A stretch of 64,000 nt of DNA from Proteromonas lacertae (Eukaryota), in contig NGBS01000015.1 of the NCBI GenBank assembly GCA_002245135.1, forward strand, positions 1-64,000. Reading direction: 5' to 3'. Under the pieces are notes generated by a model. The model was not told where the DNA came from. It did no database searches and was given only the letters and a program-made list of their open reading frames with translations. The position numbers and the translations under genes were made by a program. Position 1 is the first letter of the stretch. Each line of letters starts with the position of its first letter. This document shows, one piece after another, positions 38,386-52,084 of the stretch.

Positions 38386-41162
38386 TTATTTCATACAAAA
38401 AATATATCCGTTATGAGATCTAAATATACAGTACTTGAAACAGTTAAATAGAATATTATTCATGTTCGACATGAAGAAATGAATTGAACAATGATATGGA
38501 GTTTGTAGATGCTATGTAAATGAATAGAAATTAAGAAATATTGTAAAGTATTTTGAAATATATACTTGGCTTGATTTCATTCATTTCTTTTTTTGTTTTA
38601 TTTCTCTCCAATGAAGCTTGTTAGGTATATAAATTATTTATTATTAAATAACACATAGATTTTTAATGCGTTTATGCAATGAGACAGTTACAATTGAACT
38701 AAAGAATGGCTCAATCGTAAAAGGAACAATAGTAGGTATATATATGGATATAATTTATGTTTTTTTTTTTGTTATGTTATATTAATCTTATATAATTGTC
38801 TTACAATAATATTTTATGTTTATACTCTATAGGCGTTGATATTGCTATGAATATACATTTAAAAACCGTAAAAATGACAGTGAAAAATAGAAATCCAGTA
38901 ACACTTGATAGTCTTTCAATTAGAGGAAATAATATAAGATATGTAATATTACCAGATAGTTTAAATCTCGATAGTCGTCTAGTAGATGATGCACCAAAAA
39001 CTCGTAGTGGAGAAGCTGCTGGTAGACCAAAAAGAAAAGCAGGTAAAGGAAGGGGAAAGAAGTTTTAGTAATTTTGTTTTTTAAAACTATATCTAAAATA
39101 TTATATTCTGTTTGTAGTTTGAAGCTGTGGAAATATTAATTTATTTATAATTCATACATTTACATGGCATCTACAAACTCCATATCATTGTTCAATTCAT
39201 TTCTTCATGTCGAACATGAATAATATTCTATTTAACTGTTTCAAGTACTGTATATTTAGATCTCATAACGGATATATTTTTTGTATGAAATAAATGAGTA
39301 ATCTCACAAGAAGCATCAAAGAAAGTCCAGCATTAGCATATAGAAATATTTTTAAAACTATTACTGATAAATGGGGAGGTGTACATGGTTCAGTAAGAAT
39401 TTCTTTAGAAGTTGAAACAGGAAGAATATATGCTTTGAAAGGAGTGATTGAAAAAAACATAAATAGTGATCTACAAGTATATATTAAATATTAATTTGTA
39501 TATAAACAGATTAGTGACATAATTCGACATGAGAATCTTTTGAACATATATGATTGTATAAAAATGGGAAATAAATACTATTTAAAAGAAGAAGCATGTG
39601 AATGTAGTATATATGATATAATAAACAAGAATGCAGAAACTCATTTTATTCCTTCTGAATCTGTATATGTAAATATGATATAATGAATGTTATTAGGAAT
39701 TAATTCATGTATGGTTGAGTATATTGAAAGGAATAGAAGCATTAGATACATGTAATCAAATTCATGGAAATATAAAAGAAACGAATATATTATACAATGA
39801 TGGTCGATTTATGCTATCTGATCCATTATATCTATTCAAAAACGATGAAAGAGTATCATTAGAGAAAGATATAAAGAAAAGTGGAGAAATAATTCGAAGA
39901 TATAGTGGTTATAATATAGAAACCAATGAATATTATGGTATAAGTGAAAAACTAATAAAGTTAATAAACGATGTAATTGATGGTCGAATCAAACACTATA
40001 AGGAAATATTTAAACACGAACTGTTTATAAAATATCAATATAACCATCGTATATAACAATTATTTATTATTATTATAAATAGTGAACTATAGTATAAATC
40101 ATAAAGAAAGTGAATTAATCGGATTTGCCATTATTAAACAATGAAAATGAAGTAATGCAATTTATGAAAGATATTAGTGATTTAGAAAGTGATGATAATA
40201 ATTTTAAGAATATAAGTGACTTTAATGATATATTACGAAAAATCCAAACATTAACAAGTGACAGTCAAGATAAATCCATCTCAATATATGGTTTAAAAAT
40301 CTTCTTAAATCTGAGTAAAAATCGTATAAAATATGATATATATATATATATATATACAGGTGAATGGGCTCAAAAAATGCATCAAACATTTCCTGATTAT
40401 AAAATATGGAGAATATCTAATTCTTTTAACTTCATTCCATTTGAAATGTATAGATCTTCTAATCAAAATAAACTCATATTTGGTAAAGGTATGATTATTT
40501 TATTGTTTATGTAATATAGCTACAAATACTGAGAATGAAATAGCATACTTTGAATTGAATATAATGTGTTCCTACTTTGCATATTGTGATAATTTTAGTA
40601 TTGAATCATTAGATATTTCATCAAAATATATGAGTGAAATAATTGGATATTTTTATAAATTGAAAAGTCTATCATTAATAAGTATAATATTCTGTTTATT
40701 GTAATGATATAGATGTTAATTTAACATTATCAAAACTACAAGGTTTACATGATATATTTAATCAACTCTCTTCTTTACGAAATCTTGATTTATCCAGTAT
40801 ATATATATATATATATGTTAATGTTAATGTTAATGTAATTTGTGATTGAATAGAAAATGGAATAAAAAGTGAAGAAATAAAAGAATTGGGAAGTGTATTA
40901 TGTCATAACGGTTTATTGAGAGGATTAGATTTGAGTGAAAATTCATTCGATTTAACTGATATAAAAACTCTAACTAAATCCTTTCCTCCACTCTATTCAA
41001 TAAATCAACTAATATTGAACAAATGTAACCTAAATGATGATAGTTTAATAGAGTTGAGTAATCATTTCCATGGAATGCATAATCTTCAATATCTATTACT
41101 ATCCAGTATAAATATAAAATATGAAACTATATATGTATAAACTATATAGATAATGAAATTAC
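36523..41162. repeat. Inverted duplication; arms about 36523-38522 and 39157-41162
   Basis: Identical ORFs on opposite strands (38185/39294, 37623/39715, 36545/40886). Confidence 0.95.
38611..39068 (+). CDS. SNRPD1: Small nuclear ribonucleoprotein Sm D1
   Basis: [44 protein letters not shown]; two introns. Confidence 0.95.
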
Positions 41163-42634
41163 AGAAAACAGTAGTAAAATATTTTCTGACAAAATTAGAT
41201 TTTTGTATTTGTTAAGAAAATTAGATGTTACAGGTAACTCTATTAATAATGACGGATTTAAGGATATAGTGGATGGAATAATTGCTTTACCAGACTTTGA
41301 AGCTGCTTTGTGTAAAAGGAAATCTCATAACAGAAGAAGGATATAAGTATTATATTAAAGAAGATGTTAGATTATGTAAATCTGTAAAAGTAGATGAAGG
41401 TATTATTCTATGTTTGTTTAATATAATTATATTTAGATGATTTTTTACCAGAATGGAACATTTTAATACCAAAAATGATTATTAAAATGTCGATGGTTGG
41501 TTTAAGTAGTAGTGATTGGAGAGAACTATTCAACAAACTGAATAGTAATTATGACAGAGAAGTGTTTTGTTATTTAGGTGGAGCTACTTTATTAATTACT
41601 TCGATGATGAAGGATGCAAATGATATTATCAATGTTGCAATAGGTATGGCAGTAATATGTTCATCAGAATTAGCATTAGTTTACTGTTGTTCATATGGAA
41701 TGATTCCGGTATTAGTGAAAATGATGACTATAAATGTGGATGAAATATTAGCAATAGTTGCTTCTACTTTGACTTCTATAGCATGTATTGAAAGATTTGT
41801 TCCAGAATTAGTAAGGAATAGATTAATTGAAATATCATTGAATCTATTAGCTGTTAGTGAGAATAATAACGTTTGCTATTCTCTAATAATGATAATTTGG
41901 GATTTATCGGAGCATTTTGATGAACATAAAAGAATAGTGACAGAAAACAACGGAATTGAAACTTTAATTGAGAAGTTGAAAGTTGAATCTCCTGAAATTA
42001 GCTGTTTTGGAGTTGCTGCTTTATGGATTCTTGCTTCTTATAGTATAAATGATAATTATATATATTTATATAGAAAATAATAAAGAAAAAATCAAAAATC
42101 AAAATGTTTCTCGTTTTCTTCCACCTCTTTTTGAATCTGATTATGATAATACAAAAGTTTATACGTTTGGTTTATCATGGTTTTTAGATTTTGATAATTC
42201 TGAATTATCAATAGATGATCAAAGAGGTGTAAATGAGTGTTTAAATATTATAGAGCAAAGTGATAGTCAATTTAGCAGAGCAAATTCTTGTCATGCTTTG
42301 TGTGATTTTTTAACCAAAAGAAGTATATTAATTTCATTCTATTATATCATCAGATCGTAATTTAGATTTAATTGGAAGAAGAGGTATTGATGATTTTATA
42401 AGTCTAATAAATAATCAATATTATGAGGAAATATATTATTCTTGTAATGCACTTATTAGTTTACTAAAATCTGGATGTATATTATAGAAATTATATGTTT
42501 ACATAGATAAAGAAGATTATATAAAAGAAAAGCTTGATAGTGATAGATTGAGATATGTTTCAGATCATTATGATAGAGAAACGAAATTCGCATGTGATAC
42601 AATTCTAGAGATGTTTGATGAACATTATATATAA
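39294..42634 (+). CDS. Pseudokinase-LRR-armadillo repeat protein, copy 2
   Basis: 5' part nearly identical to copy 1; diverged ARM-like part (IIWDLSEH, VAALWILA). Confidence 0.7.
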
Positions 42635-42707
42635 TTGTTTTAGAATAAACATTTTAATAATTGTTTATATTATATAATATAATGAATTAATATGATTGAT
42701 TCAACAA

Positions 42708-44606
42708 TTAAAGAAGATATTGTAATTGTTCTTTCAATTCTCTAGTATTTTCATTTTCATAACTACATATATCATCATACATTCTCTTAAGCTGACTTGG
42801 GGGTAATTCTTCTAATTCATCATAATGTCTGTTAAAATAGTCAAATCTCTTTCTTATATCATGACTACATTTCAAGCAGAGTAATTCACCTTCTAATTCA
42901 CTAGGATAATTAATATCCCAATCTAACAGTAATAATCTCAAATTGTTATAATCTAATAATGAACATAAAATAAACAAATGATCTTCCAATTCATCTTTGA
43001 ATGTCTTTAACTATTGAATATATAATAAATATAAATATACATTTTCTAATTCTCCTATTCTCATATTCTCTAACTGCATTTTCAATATCACTCCATTGTA
43101 TAATATGTATTATCATCTAAATATTTAATATCATCACTATCACAGATGTAAATATCTTCTAAGAAAGATTTAACTTGATCGCCAAGCAGATATGCTTCAT
43201 TACAACCTAACCATATTGGCAAATCTGCATTCTTTTCATAATCTTTGCAAGTTTTCACTATAAACATAATAAATCTAAATATACTCAAAAGCTTCTTTAA
43301 CTGTTTCTATTCTTCCATTAATGTATTTCTCTTTCACTTCATTTTCTTTTTTCATTGATGATAATGAGCTAGCTGCATATGTTGCACCAATTGAAGCAGC
43401 TAAAGGAATAAAAACTCCTCCTGTAATTAAAGAATGTCCCTATCATAGCAGCTGATCCAAGTAAATTATATGCAGTGTTAGATGCAAATTCTGATAGCTG
43501 CTTCTTTTCCATTCTATTTATATATATTTATAACAAAATGTACTTTTCCATTATAATAATTATAAATTGACTTACATCCGTCTAATGCTACACTTCCTGT
43601 AATTAACAATTGTCCAGAAAGTGCTATTTATAATATAAATATTTTACTATTATACACCTTACAGATGCTTTTGTAACTGCTTGTATTCCTTTTCCAATTC
43701 CAACTGCTGCTAAAATTTTCCCTAAACTATCTACAGATCCTACTGTTCCTTTTTCAATTGATTTATAAACATACTTACTTAAACCAGTGTCAAGATCATA
43801 CTTTTTTATGATTCTATTATTCTTTTCATCATTATCATCATCAATAATGTAACAATCATAAATACAATCGAATAAAGATATCTTCTCATTTATATCATCA
43901 CATCCCTTAAACCATTCTTTATATTCATCATCATCAAATGGAATATCCAACAATAAGCGATCTTTAAATCTATTAATATAACAATTCTATTATCATACCC
44001 TTTACTCATCTTTTTAATTTTTTCAACCAATTCTTTGGTTTTATTGTTATTAATATATTGAGTAATTAATCCTTCAACTGTACCAAATACAAATCCCATT
44101 AATGCAGCATCTGCTAATAATGTTTTCTATATTATATAACAATGAATTAAACATACAACTCTGGTTTGGTTTAATTTTGCTCTTTTTCTATGAGCTCTGT
44201 TTCTTCTATTTCTTCCAGGATGAGCACTTTGACCTGGAGGACGAACTTTACCAGGGTTTGGATTGGGAGGTCCTTTTACTTTAAATTCTTTCAAATGTCT
44301 GAGCTTATCTTTAATAGATAATGTAATCGATCCTACGCCATCACTAACACCATTATTTGAAAGTTGTGAAGCGTAAGTTGAAATAGAAGGTGAAATAACA
44401 TTACTCTTAACACCAAGCGCCTTCAGTATGTTAGCCTTTTGATTATCTAATATTTCAATTTCATTAAGTATTTCTTCTTCTGTCATTCCATAAATTTCGG
44501 GAAAAGAGTAAGGGAGTTGCTTATATAACATATTATAACTTTTATATATATAATTCATCTTATCTTCATCAGACAATCCATATAAAGCTTTTATTATGTA
44601 ATCCAT
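42708..44606 (-). CDS. Orphan family member 3 (diverged); several frameshifts
   Basis: FPEIYGM, HPGRNRRNRAHRKRAK, FLEDIYICDS, KCSHDIRKR shared with members 1 and 2. Confidence 0.68.
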
Positions 44607-44829
44607 TCACTCTTATTTATGTTGAGAAATTCAGAGTGGGACAAGCCTTAATTTTAGGCTTGATTCAGTTTTTACATGTTAAATGAATGATGATTTAATA
44701 TTGGAAAGTAATGTCATCCATCATTATTTTGATTGATTGATTTAATTAAGAAAAATTCTTAAAAAAAATCAAACATTCTTTCAATTATCATAAAAATATA
44801 GTAATTATTCTTTTAGTTTGTTAGTATTT

Positions 44830-45306
44830 TCATTACATTATTCATCATCATACTTCACCAGCTTTATCTACCTTCAACTTCATTTTCGAAAAAGCGTTTC
44901 ACACTAGTTTTCATAAAAAGAATCTCTGATGGAACAATATCGAGTGAATTAACAAAGTCCCATTCAAAAACACCTTTTTGAACTATTTCATCATCAGGTC
45001 CAATTAAGGTAAGTGAGATTTCTTCCTTCACCTCAGTACAATCTTTAACTAGTCTTTTACTCTGTTCTTCACACCATTTTTCATCCAGTAACTTGTTAGG
45101 AATAGAACTAAGAAGAATAGCAATTTTAGGAAATGATAAAACACCGATTAACATATTTGGGACATTATTTTCATCATGGTCAATGTAATTGTAGTCTCCA
45201 CTCCTCAGCAAGTCAAATACACTAACTATCTTCTTTTCACCAACAGGTTCATTTTCTGTACTACTCTTACTCTATTACTTCATACAATTCTTACTGCTCT
45301 ATCCAT
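44830..45306 (-). CDS. Hypothetical protein
   Basis: 115-aa ORF extended upstream to ATG 45306; probable +1 error near the 3' end. Confidence 0.5.
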
Positions 45307-45478
45307 GTGTATTTACTACAGTTTTTAATTTCTAAATAGGATGTGATGAATTAAGATTTTATTCTGCTTTACAAATGTTAAATTTTTATATTGGATTTAT
45401 CAAGCTTTGGCTTGAAAAACCTGTAAAAATTCTGTAAATAAAACTTTCATGATTAAATCTTCGATATAAACTGCCAAA

Positions 45479-46382
45479 CTAAAAGAACCAATGATATACT
45501 CTCATAATAAAGTTCTCTCGTTTAACTATTTGTATATTATTTGACCATATTCCTTTACCTTCTGTTTTTGCATTTCTTTCATATTTCTTATATAATCTCA
45601 ACGATTTGACTATTATTTCATCAGATTTATCAATTTTTACAGTTTCTATTATACAATAATCAATTCATAAAATACTATTTTCAAAATTCTCATAAGGATT
45701 TGGATATATTGGAATAGAATCTAATGAAAATTCACACATTCCTTCAGACAAAAGATACTTAGCAAAATCGGTAAAAACTAAACTATTGATAATTGGAATA
45801 TGAAACAAATATTCTAAATAAGATCTTGGAATATGAACTGTACCAATTACAATATCATTATCTAAATCCCTATAAATTCATAATAATTGATAAAATAAAT
45901 ACATTGCCAAAGGATCAAAGAACAATGTAGTTTTATATTTTATAATCTCATTTACTGTTTTCTAATTATTATTAAACATAATCTATTAATTAATAATACA
46001 ATTAAATCTTCATTATATTTCACTCCCAATGGCTTGATTGTGATAAAATCATTTTTGTATTTTGTAAATGGAAAGAAACAGAGTTTTAATAAAAAAGGGG
46101 TATGATAAACCATAATATCCCCTTTATCAGTTATACCTTTAACCATACATCTCAATTTCTTCCTTTTAACTAAATCTGTAACAGATAAATCTCTGATTGT
46201 TTTTATCCTTCTAAATGCTCCTAGCGAAAAAAGAATCAATCCAATTCCTATTATTTAAATGTAATAATTAAACCTCCATAAATTGTAAAGTTCAATGCCG
46301 TCTTATAAAGCCTAAGATGTGAATTAATAATTGTCGACAAATCTTTTGCATTGTTTTGAAATTTATCTGGTTCATCTGTCAT
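45479..46382 (-). CDS. Staphylococcal-nuclease-like protein (LCL3/C3orf33-like)
   Basis: TM then FRRIKTIRDL..KLRCMVKGITDKGDIMVYHTP; C-terminal YERNAKTEGKGIWS. Confidence 0.65.
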
Positions 46383-46463
46383 CAGAAGAAGAGAAATGAA
46401 GTTTTTTTCTTTTGATGAAACGAATCTATTTTTAGTCGTTATTTTATTTTTTTAATTTTTATA

Positions 46464-46983
46464 ATGCCTGGAAAGAAGAAGAAGGGAGGAAAGAAGAAAA
46501 AGAAGGTTGTGAGCGTATTATATAATTATTTAAGAATAAAATATAGGATTTTGTTCCACTACAGCTAATTGAAGATATTATAGAATATGTTACACTTGAA
46601 ATTAAATGTAAGAATTGGAGGTATCAAGATTTTGAAGTAAAAGTAAGAACAGATACTCCAGTTCATGTTATTAAAGTATTTTGCCATTTATTCATTTATA
46701 ATAGAGTATGATTGAAGAAAAACATGGTCAATTAGATTCAATGAGAATGTATTTAGGTAGTATTGATAAAGAAGGTAAAAATGAACTAAAAGATGAAATG
46801 ATGACACTAAAAGAGTGTGGTATACAAGGAGCTGATATATCTGCAGAAGAACCTGTTGTATGAATATAATTATAATTGTTATTATAGAGATATGCATTAA
46901 TATATGATTTTATTCCCCATGCTTATGATGAACCTGTATTATTTGCTAAAAATACAAATGGTTTGCAAGAATATGGTTTATAA
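46464..46983 (+). CDS. Small ubiquitin-like fold protein with Lys-rich N-terminus
   Basis: MPGKKKKGGKKKK, YVTLEIKCKNW, VRTDTPVHVIK, MMTLKECGIQG after splicing. Confidence 0.6.
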
Positions 46984-47130
46984 ATAAATTATATTAATTA
47001 TTTAGTTGTGTTTAAACAATTTTATTTTATTCATACTTGTTTTCGTATGGGTTTAAAAAACAAAACAAAATTATAACACATCAAGCCATTTTTCAAGTTT
47101 TTTATATCTATTCTTTGTTTTTTCTCTAGA

Positions 47131-48889
47131 ATGGGTGATTGTTTGAATATAAACATTGGTATAATGGGACATGTGGATAGTGGTAAAACTAGTCTAGGTA
47201 TTAATACTTGTTATAGCTTCTAGTTAAAAGAATAAGCAGTACTTTCTCAACTGCTGCTTTGGATAAGAATCCACAGAGTAGACAAAGAGGTATAACACTA
47301 GATTTGGGATTTTCTTCTCTCGAATGTACAGATTCAACATTTTTAAAAGATACACCATACGAATCATTGCAATTCACATTTGTTGATTGTCCTGGTCATG
47401 CATCTCTTATAAAAACAATAATAAGTGGAGCTCAAATTATTGATTTAGTTATTTTGGTAGTTGATGTAACAAAAGGAATACAAACTCAAACAGCCGAGTG
47501 TATTGTAATAGCAGAAATATGTGCAAGTCAAATGATAATTGTCCTAAACAAAATAGATCTAGTGGAAGTGTCTTTGCGAGAAAAAACAATTCAAAAAGTA
47601 TCAGATTCAATAAAAAAGGCATTACAATCAACAAAATTCTCAAATAGTGTAATAGTATATATATATATATATAATTAATAATAGTTTCCTGTATCAGCAA
47701 GTGTTGGAGGAGGTTTAATAACAGATGAAACATCATCAATTGGTGTAGAGAAAATAATTGAATTTTTAAAAACAAAAGTCACCATTCCAACAAGGAATAG
47801 TGATACAAATAATGGAATATTTTATTATTTATATGATCATTGTTTTAGTTTGAAAGGACAAGGAACTGTTTTAACTGGAACAATAATTGAAGGATGTATT
47901 AATATATATATATATATATATATTATGAATAGCAATAAAAGTAGGAAATAGTGTAGAAATCTTAGATTCTCCAGGTGATTGGAAAATAAAAAGTATGCAG
48001 AGATTTCACAAGTCAATTAATGAAGGATATAAAGGTGATAGAGTTGCGTTATGTATCAGTGGTTTAGATAGTAAAGGATTGGAAAGAGGAGTTGTTTGTT
48101 CTCTACATCTGTTTAAATCTTCACATTATTTGATTGTATCTTTTAATAGAATTAAATATTATCCTGTATATATATATTTTATTTAAAAATATTATAGAGT
48201 GAATTAACTAGTGGAATGAAACTGCATATAACATCAGGTCATTATACTCAGTTATGTACTTTAACATTTTTCAGATCGAATAATAACAATGATTTATCTA
48301 TGGATGATGATTTTGAATACATTCCAGTAATACCAAGTATTATTGTTAATAATATGTATATATGTTATATATAATAGAAAAGAAAGCTGATTTAAAGAGT
48401 AGATATGAAGGTAAATTATATTGTTTAATTCACTCAGAATCTGTATTAGCAAGTAGATTATCAATGTTAATAATTGGTTCAAAATTAGATACTGATACTT
48501 CAGATTCACATTGTAGAATTGCATTTTATGGAAATGTGTTGAAAATGATGGAAGAAACTAAAGACTTGAAGATTTTTAAGATAAAAAATAGAGAAGGAAA
48601 GATAGATAGAATAACATCCAAAAATCAATACATTGTGAAAGATTTATTTAATAAAGAAACTGATCTAACACTTGTATATATAATAATTATTATTATTCTA
48701 TAGTTTATGAATATGAAAGTTGACACAGAAAAGACGAAAGGTGTAATTGATGGTAATTTTGGTAAAACAGGTAAAGTGAAGGTATTAGTGCAAGAAGGTA
48801 GTACTGATGATTGTAAAGTTAATGAAATTGTAAATATGGAGTTTAAAAGATATATGTTTGATGATGAAAAGAAAATGATTCAAAATTAG
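47131..48889 (+). CDS. EEFSEC: Selenocysteine-specific elongation factor
   Basis: NIGIMGHVDSGKTS, DKNPQSRQRGITLDLGFS, VDCPGHASLIKTI, GSKLDTD..CRIAFYG, GNFGKTGK. Confidence 0.93.
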
Positions 48890-48984
48890 TAATATTATTA
48901 TTTAATACTATTTTTTATTAATAAATCATTTATTCTGTTATAATAACACACAAATTTTCAAAGTTAAAGTAAATTCTTTAAAAT

Positions 48985-49684
48985 TTATTCTTTAAGTTCA
49001 CCAGAGTCAGCAATAACTACAGTCTTTGATGGTTTACCACTTTGACTACCAACAGCTTCAATTTGTTTAACAATATCATATCCTTCAATTACTTCACCAA
49101 ATACAACATGTTTTCCATTTAACCATGGTGTTTGTACAGTTGTAATGAAGAATTGACTTCCATTAGTGTCTGGTCCAGCATTGGCCATTGATAACATACC
49201 TGGTTTAGTGTGTTGAAGTTGGAAGTTTTCATCCTTGAATTTCATTCCATAGATTGATTCACCTCCAGTTCCAGTTCCATCTGTAAAGTCTCCCTATGGA
49301 GAAATAATATAAAAAATGCAATATACTCCTTGAATCATAAAGTTTGGAATAATTCTGTGGAAGATACTACCTTTGTAATGAAGTGGTTTTCCTCTTGTTC
49401 CTACTCCCTTTTCACCAGTGCAAAGAGCTCTGAAATTTTCAACTGTCTTTGGTACAACATCACCAAAACTATGAAATTATTACTAAAAGCATACAGACCC
49501 ATGACAATACGACCAGCAGCTTTTCCATCGATTTCAACATCAAAGTAAACCTTGTTGGTTACTTTTGGCTCCTATTGCACAAAATTATATGACAAAAATA
49601 ATATACAGCTGAAGCTGCCTTCTTTCTAGCAGCAACTGCAGAGATGAGAAGAACTGCAAAGAAAACAACGTAACGTGTTTGCAT
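48985..49684 (-). CDS. PPIB: Secretory cyclophilin (CypB-like PPIase)
   Basis: Signal peptide, [42 protein letters not shown]. Confidence 0.92.
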
Positions 49685-49774
49685 CTTGATTAGATAAAAG
49701 CAAAAAATGAACTGGATTCTAGAATTTTTTGCTGAATGCCCCAAAATTTTCATTGGAAGCACCATGTTTTTAAA

Positions 49775-51274
49775 ATGTTTGATAAATCATGTAATATATA
49801 TGCTATAAACATTTTTAATGTTGATAATGAGTATAGTTCTCATTATTAACTATAGATTTACTGAAAATCGTTTAAATGAGTATATTAGACAAATACCTGA
49901 AGAATGCTTCCAACAAGTCTTCTATTGTATGATTAATCTCGCAAAGAAGAATCCAACAATTTATAAACTTGCTAATATACCAGTATCAATTTTAGATAGA
50001 ATAATACCAAACAGTATGTGTTGATGATAATATATTTATTAGACATACAAGAATTGATCTTAGATGAAGTAATATGCCATTTAAATTTTATAAAAATTGT
50101 GTGTAAGGAAATGTCCTTTAATAGTTTCACTTTCTCTCCACAAATCTCATCTTCAGAAAGAAACAATCGATCATTTATTCGTATATTTCAAAAATCTCCA
50201 AAAGCTTGATTTATCAGATACTTTAATCAGTATGAATGGTTTACAAACGCTTAAAACATTTAATGGAAAGAAATTGAAATGGTTAGATATTTCTGAATGT
50301 GAAAATTTGAATGGAAAATCAATAATGTTTGTCTGTAGATTCTTTCCAAAATTAGAATATTTGAATGTATCTTATTTAGAAGATGTAGAAGAATATGATT
50401 TAATAGAATTATCAGTATATATATATATATATATTAATAAAATGAAAATAGAAATTAAGAAATTTAACTTCAATTCATCTAAGAGGTTTGCCATATATAG
50501 AAGAATTAGATATAAACTTATCACATCTAGTTGATATTGATTTATATGGTTTATCACAATTAAATTCAGACTGTATATCCAGAATGATAGAACCAAATAT
50601 TTATAATTTAAGATCTTTGCAATTGCAAGAATGTATGTATGAATCTTTACACTGTATTATATCATTTAGTAGAGTATCTGAATTACCATATCTTACTGTA
50701 TATTTATTTATTTGTTTATTATTAGAAAATTGATTTAAGTTGGTGTGAAAGACTATCAGGAAGTGCAGTAATAGAAATAGTGAGTAAAACCACACATTTA
50801 AATTATTTAAGATTACAAAATCTTACTTTTATTACAGATGAAGAAATGAGTGTAATATTATCACATTGTAATGAGTTAGAGTATTTAAATATACAATCGT
50901 GTGATAGAATAAATGTTAAAGGAAGTAATATGATAGCTGATGTTTGTAGAAATTTAAAAACTTTGTATATTGGATGGTGTACTTTAATTGAATTGGAGCA
51001 ATTTCATAGGATATTTAGGTACTGTACGAACTTAGAAAAACTAATAGCTCCTGGATGTAAACAATTAGATGAATGTTTTTTGTCAGAACATTTGAGATAT
51101 TTAAAGAAATTGAGACAATTAGATCTTGGATGGGTAGATTATGTGTCTGGTGAAGTAGCGGATACATTATTGACATATTATCCTAATTTAGATATAGTAG
51201 ACTATTATACTGATCATCACAACAAATTTGATAAAGCTGTTGTTGTTGATGATTGTAATGATAATGATTTGTAG
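49775..51274 (+). CDS. Cysteine-containing LRR (FBXL-like) protein
   Basis: LDISECENL, LNIQSCDRI, LYIGWCTLI, LIAPGCKQL repeats. Confidence 0.75.
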
Positions 51275-51339
51275 ATATTTAATGATTTTTTGTAAATAGC
51301 TTGAGTAATCAAACTGTATTTTTGTGTATTTCTAAAAGA

Positions 51340-51996
51340 ATGGCTTGTTCTTCATATATATTTGCTGTATGATGTTAAATAATATACCTTAGGGAGAAAG
51401 ATATACTTCACCTTCTGAAATAATACCTGGTTTATATCTAGGAGGAGTAAAAGACGCAAAAGAGAAATCAGGGTTGAAACGGATTGGCGTTACTGTCATT
51501 CTGAATATCACTTATGAAGTATTTTTTTATTTACTATTAGTAAAAGATAAAAAACTATTTTCCAAATGATTTCAAATATTTTAACATAAATGTACTTGAT
51601 GAATCTACTACTTCAATTGTAAATTATGCAGATGAATCATACAAAATAATTTCAGAAGCATTAAAAGCAAGCCAAAAAGTATTTGTTCATTGTGCAGCTG
51701 GAAGATCAAGATCTGCTTCAATAGTTGTGTTATTTATAATGAGATATAAAAAGATGAATCTTAAAGAGGCTTTCAAATTTGTACAGCGGAAAAGACCAAT
51801 TATATATCCAAATGAAAGTTTCAGATTACAATTAGCAAAGTATCATTATATTTCCATTATTCAAATACAACTGTATAGATATGAATATTTGAAAACTGGT
51901 GTTTGTTCAATCATGAATGAGGTAGATGATTTATGGAATTTCCCTGATATGAAATCGTGGAAACAGACTATAATTAAACCGTTGTTTGTAATGTGA
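51340..51996 (+). CDS. Dual-specificity protein phosphatase
   Basis: EIIPGLYLGG, VFVHCAAGRSRSAS, KRPIIYPNESF. Confidence 0.9.
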
Positions 51997-52084
51997 ATAA
52001 TAATTTCTTATGTTTGTTAAATTTTTCTGTTTACACAAGCCGAATTCAAGCCTAATTTTGAAGTAAGTATTTTATCGATTTTGT

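Noticed and set aside
36523..41162. Inverted arms as terminal inverted repeats of a DNA transposon
   Set aside because: The arms are host gene sequence grading into diverged paralogues; no transposase or target-site duplication seen.
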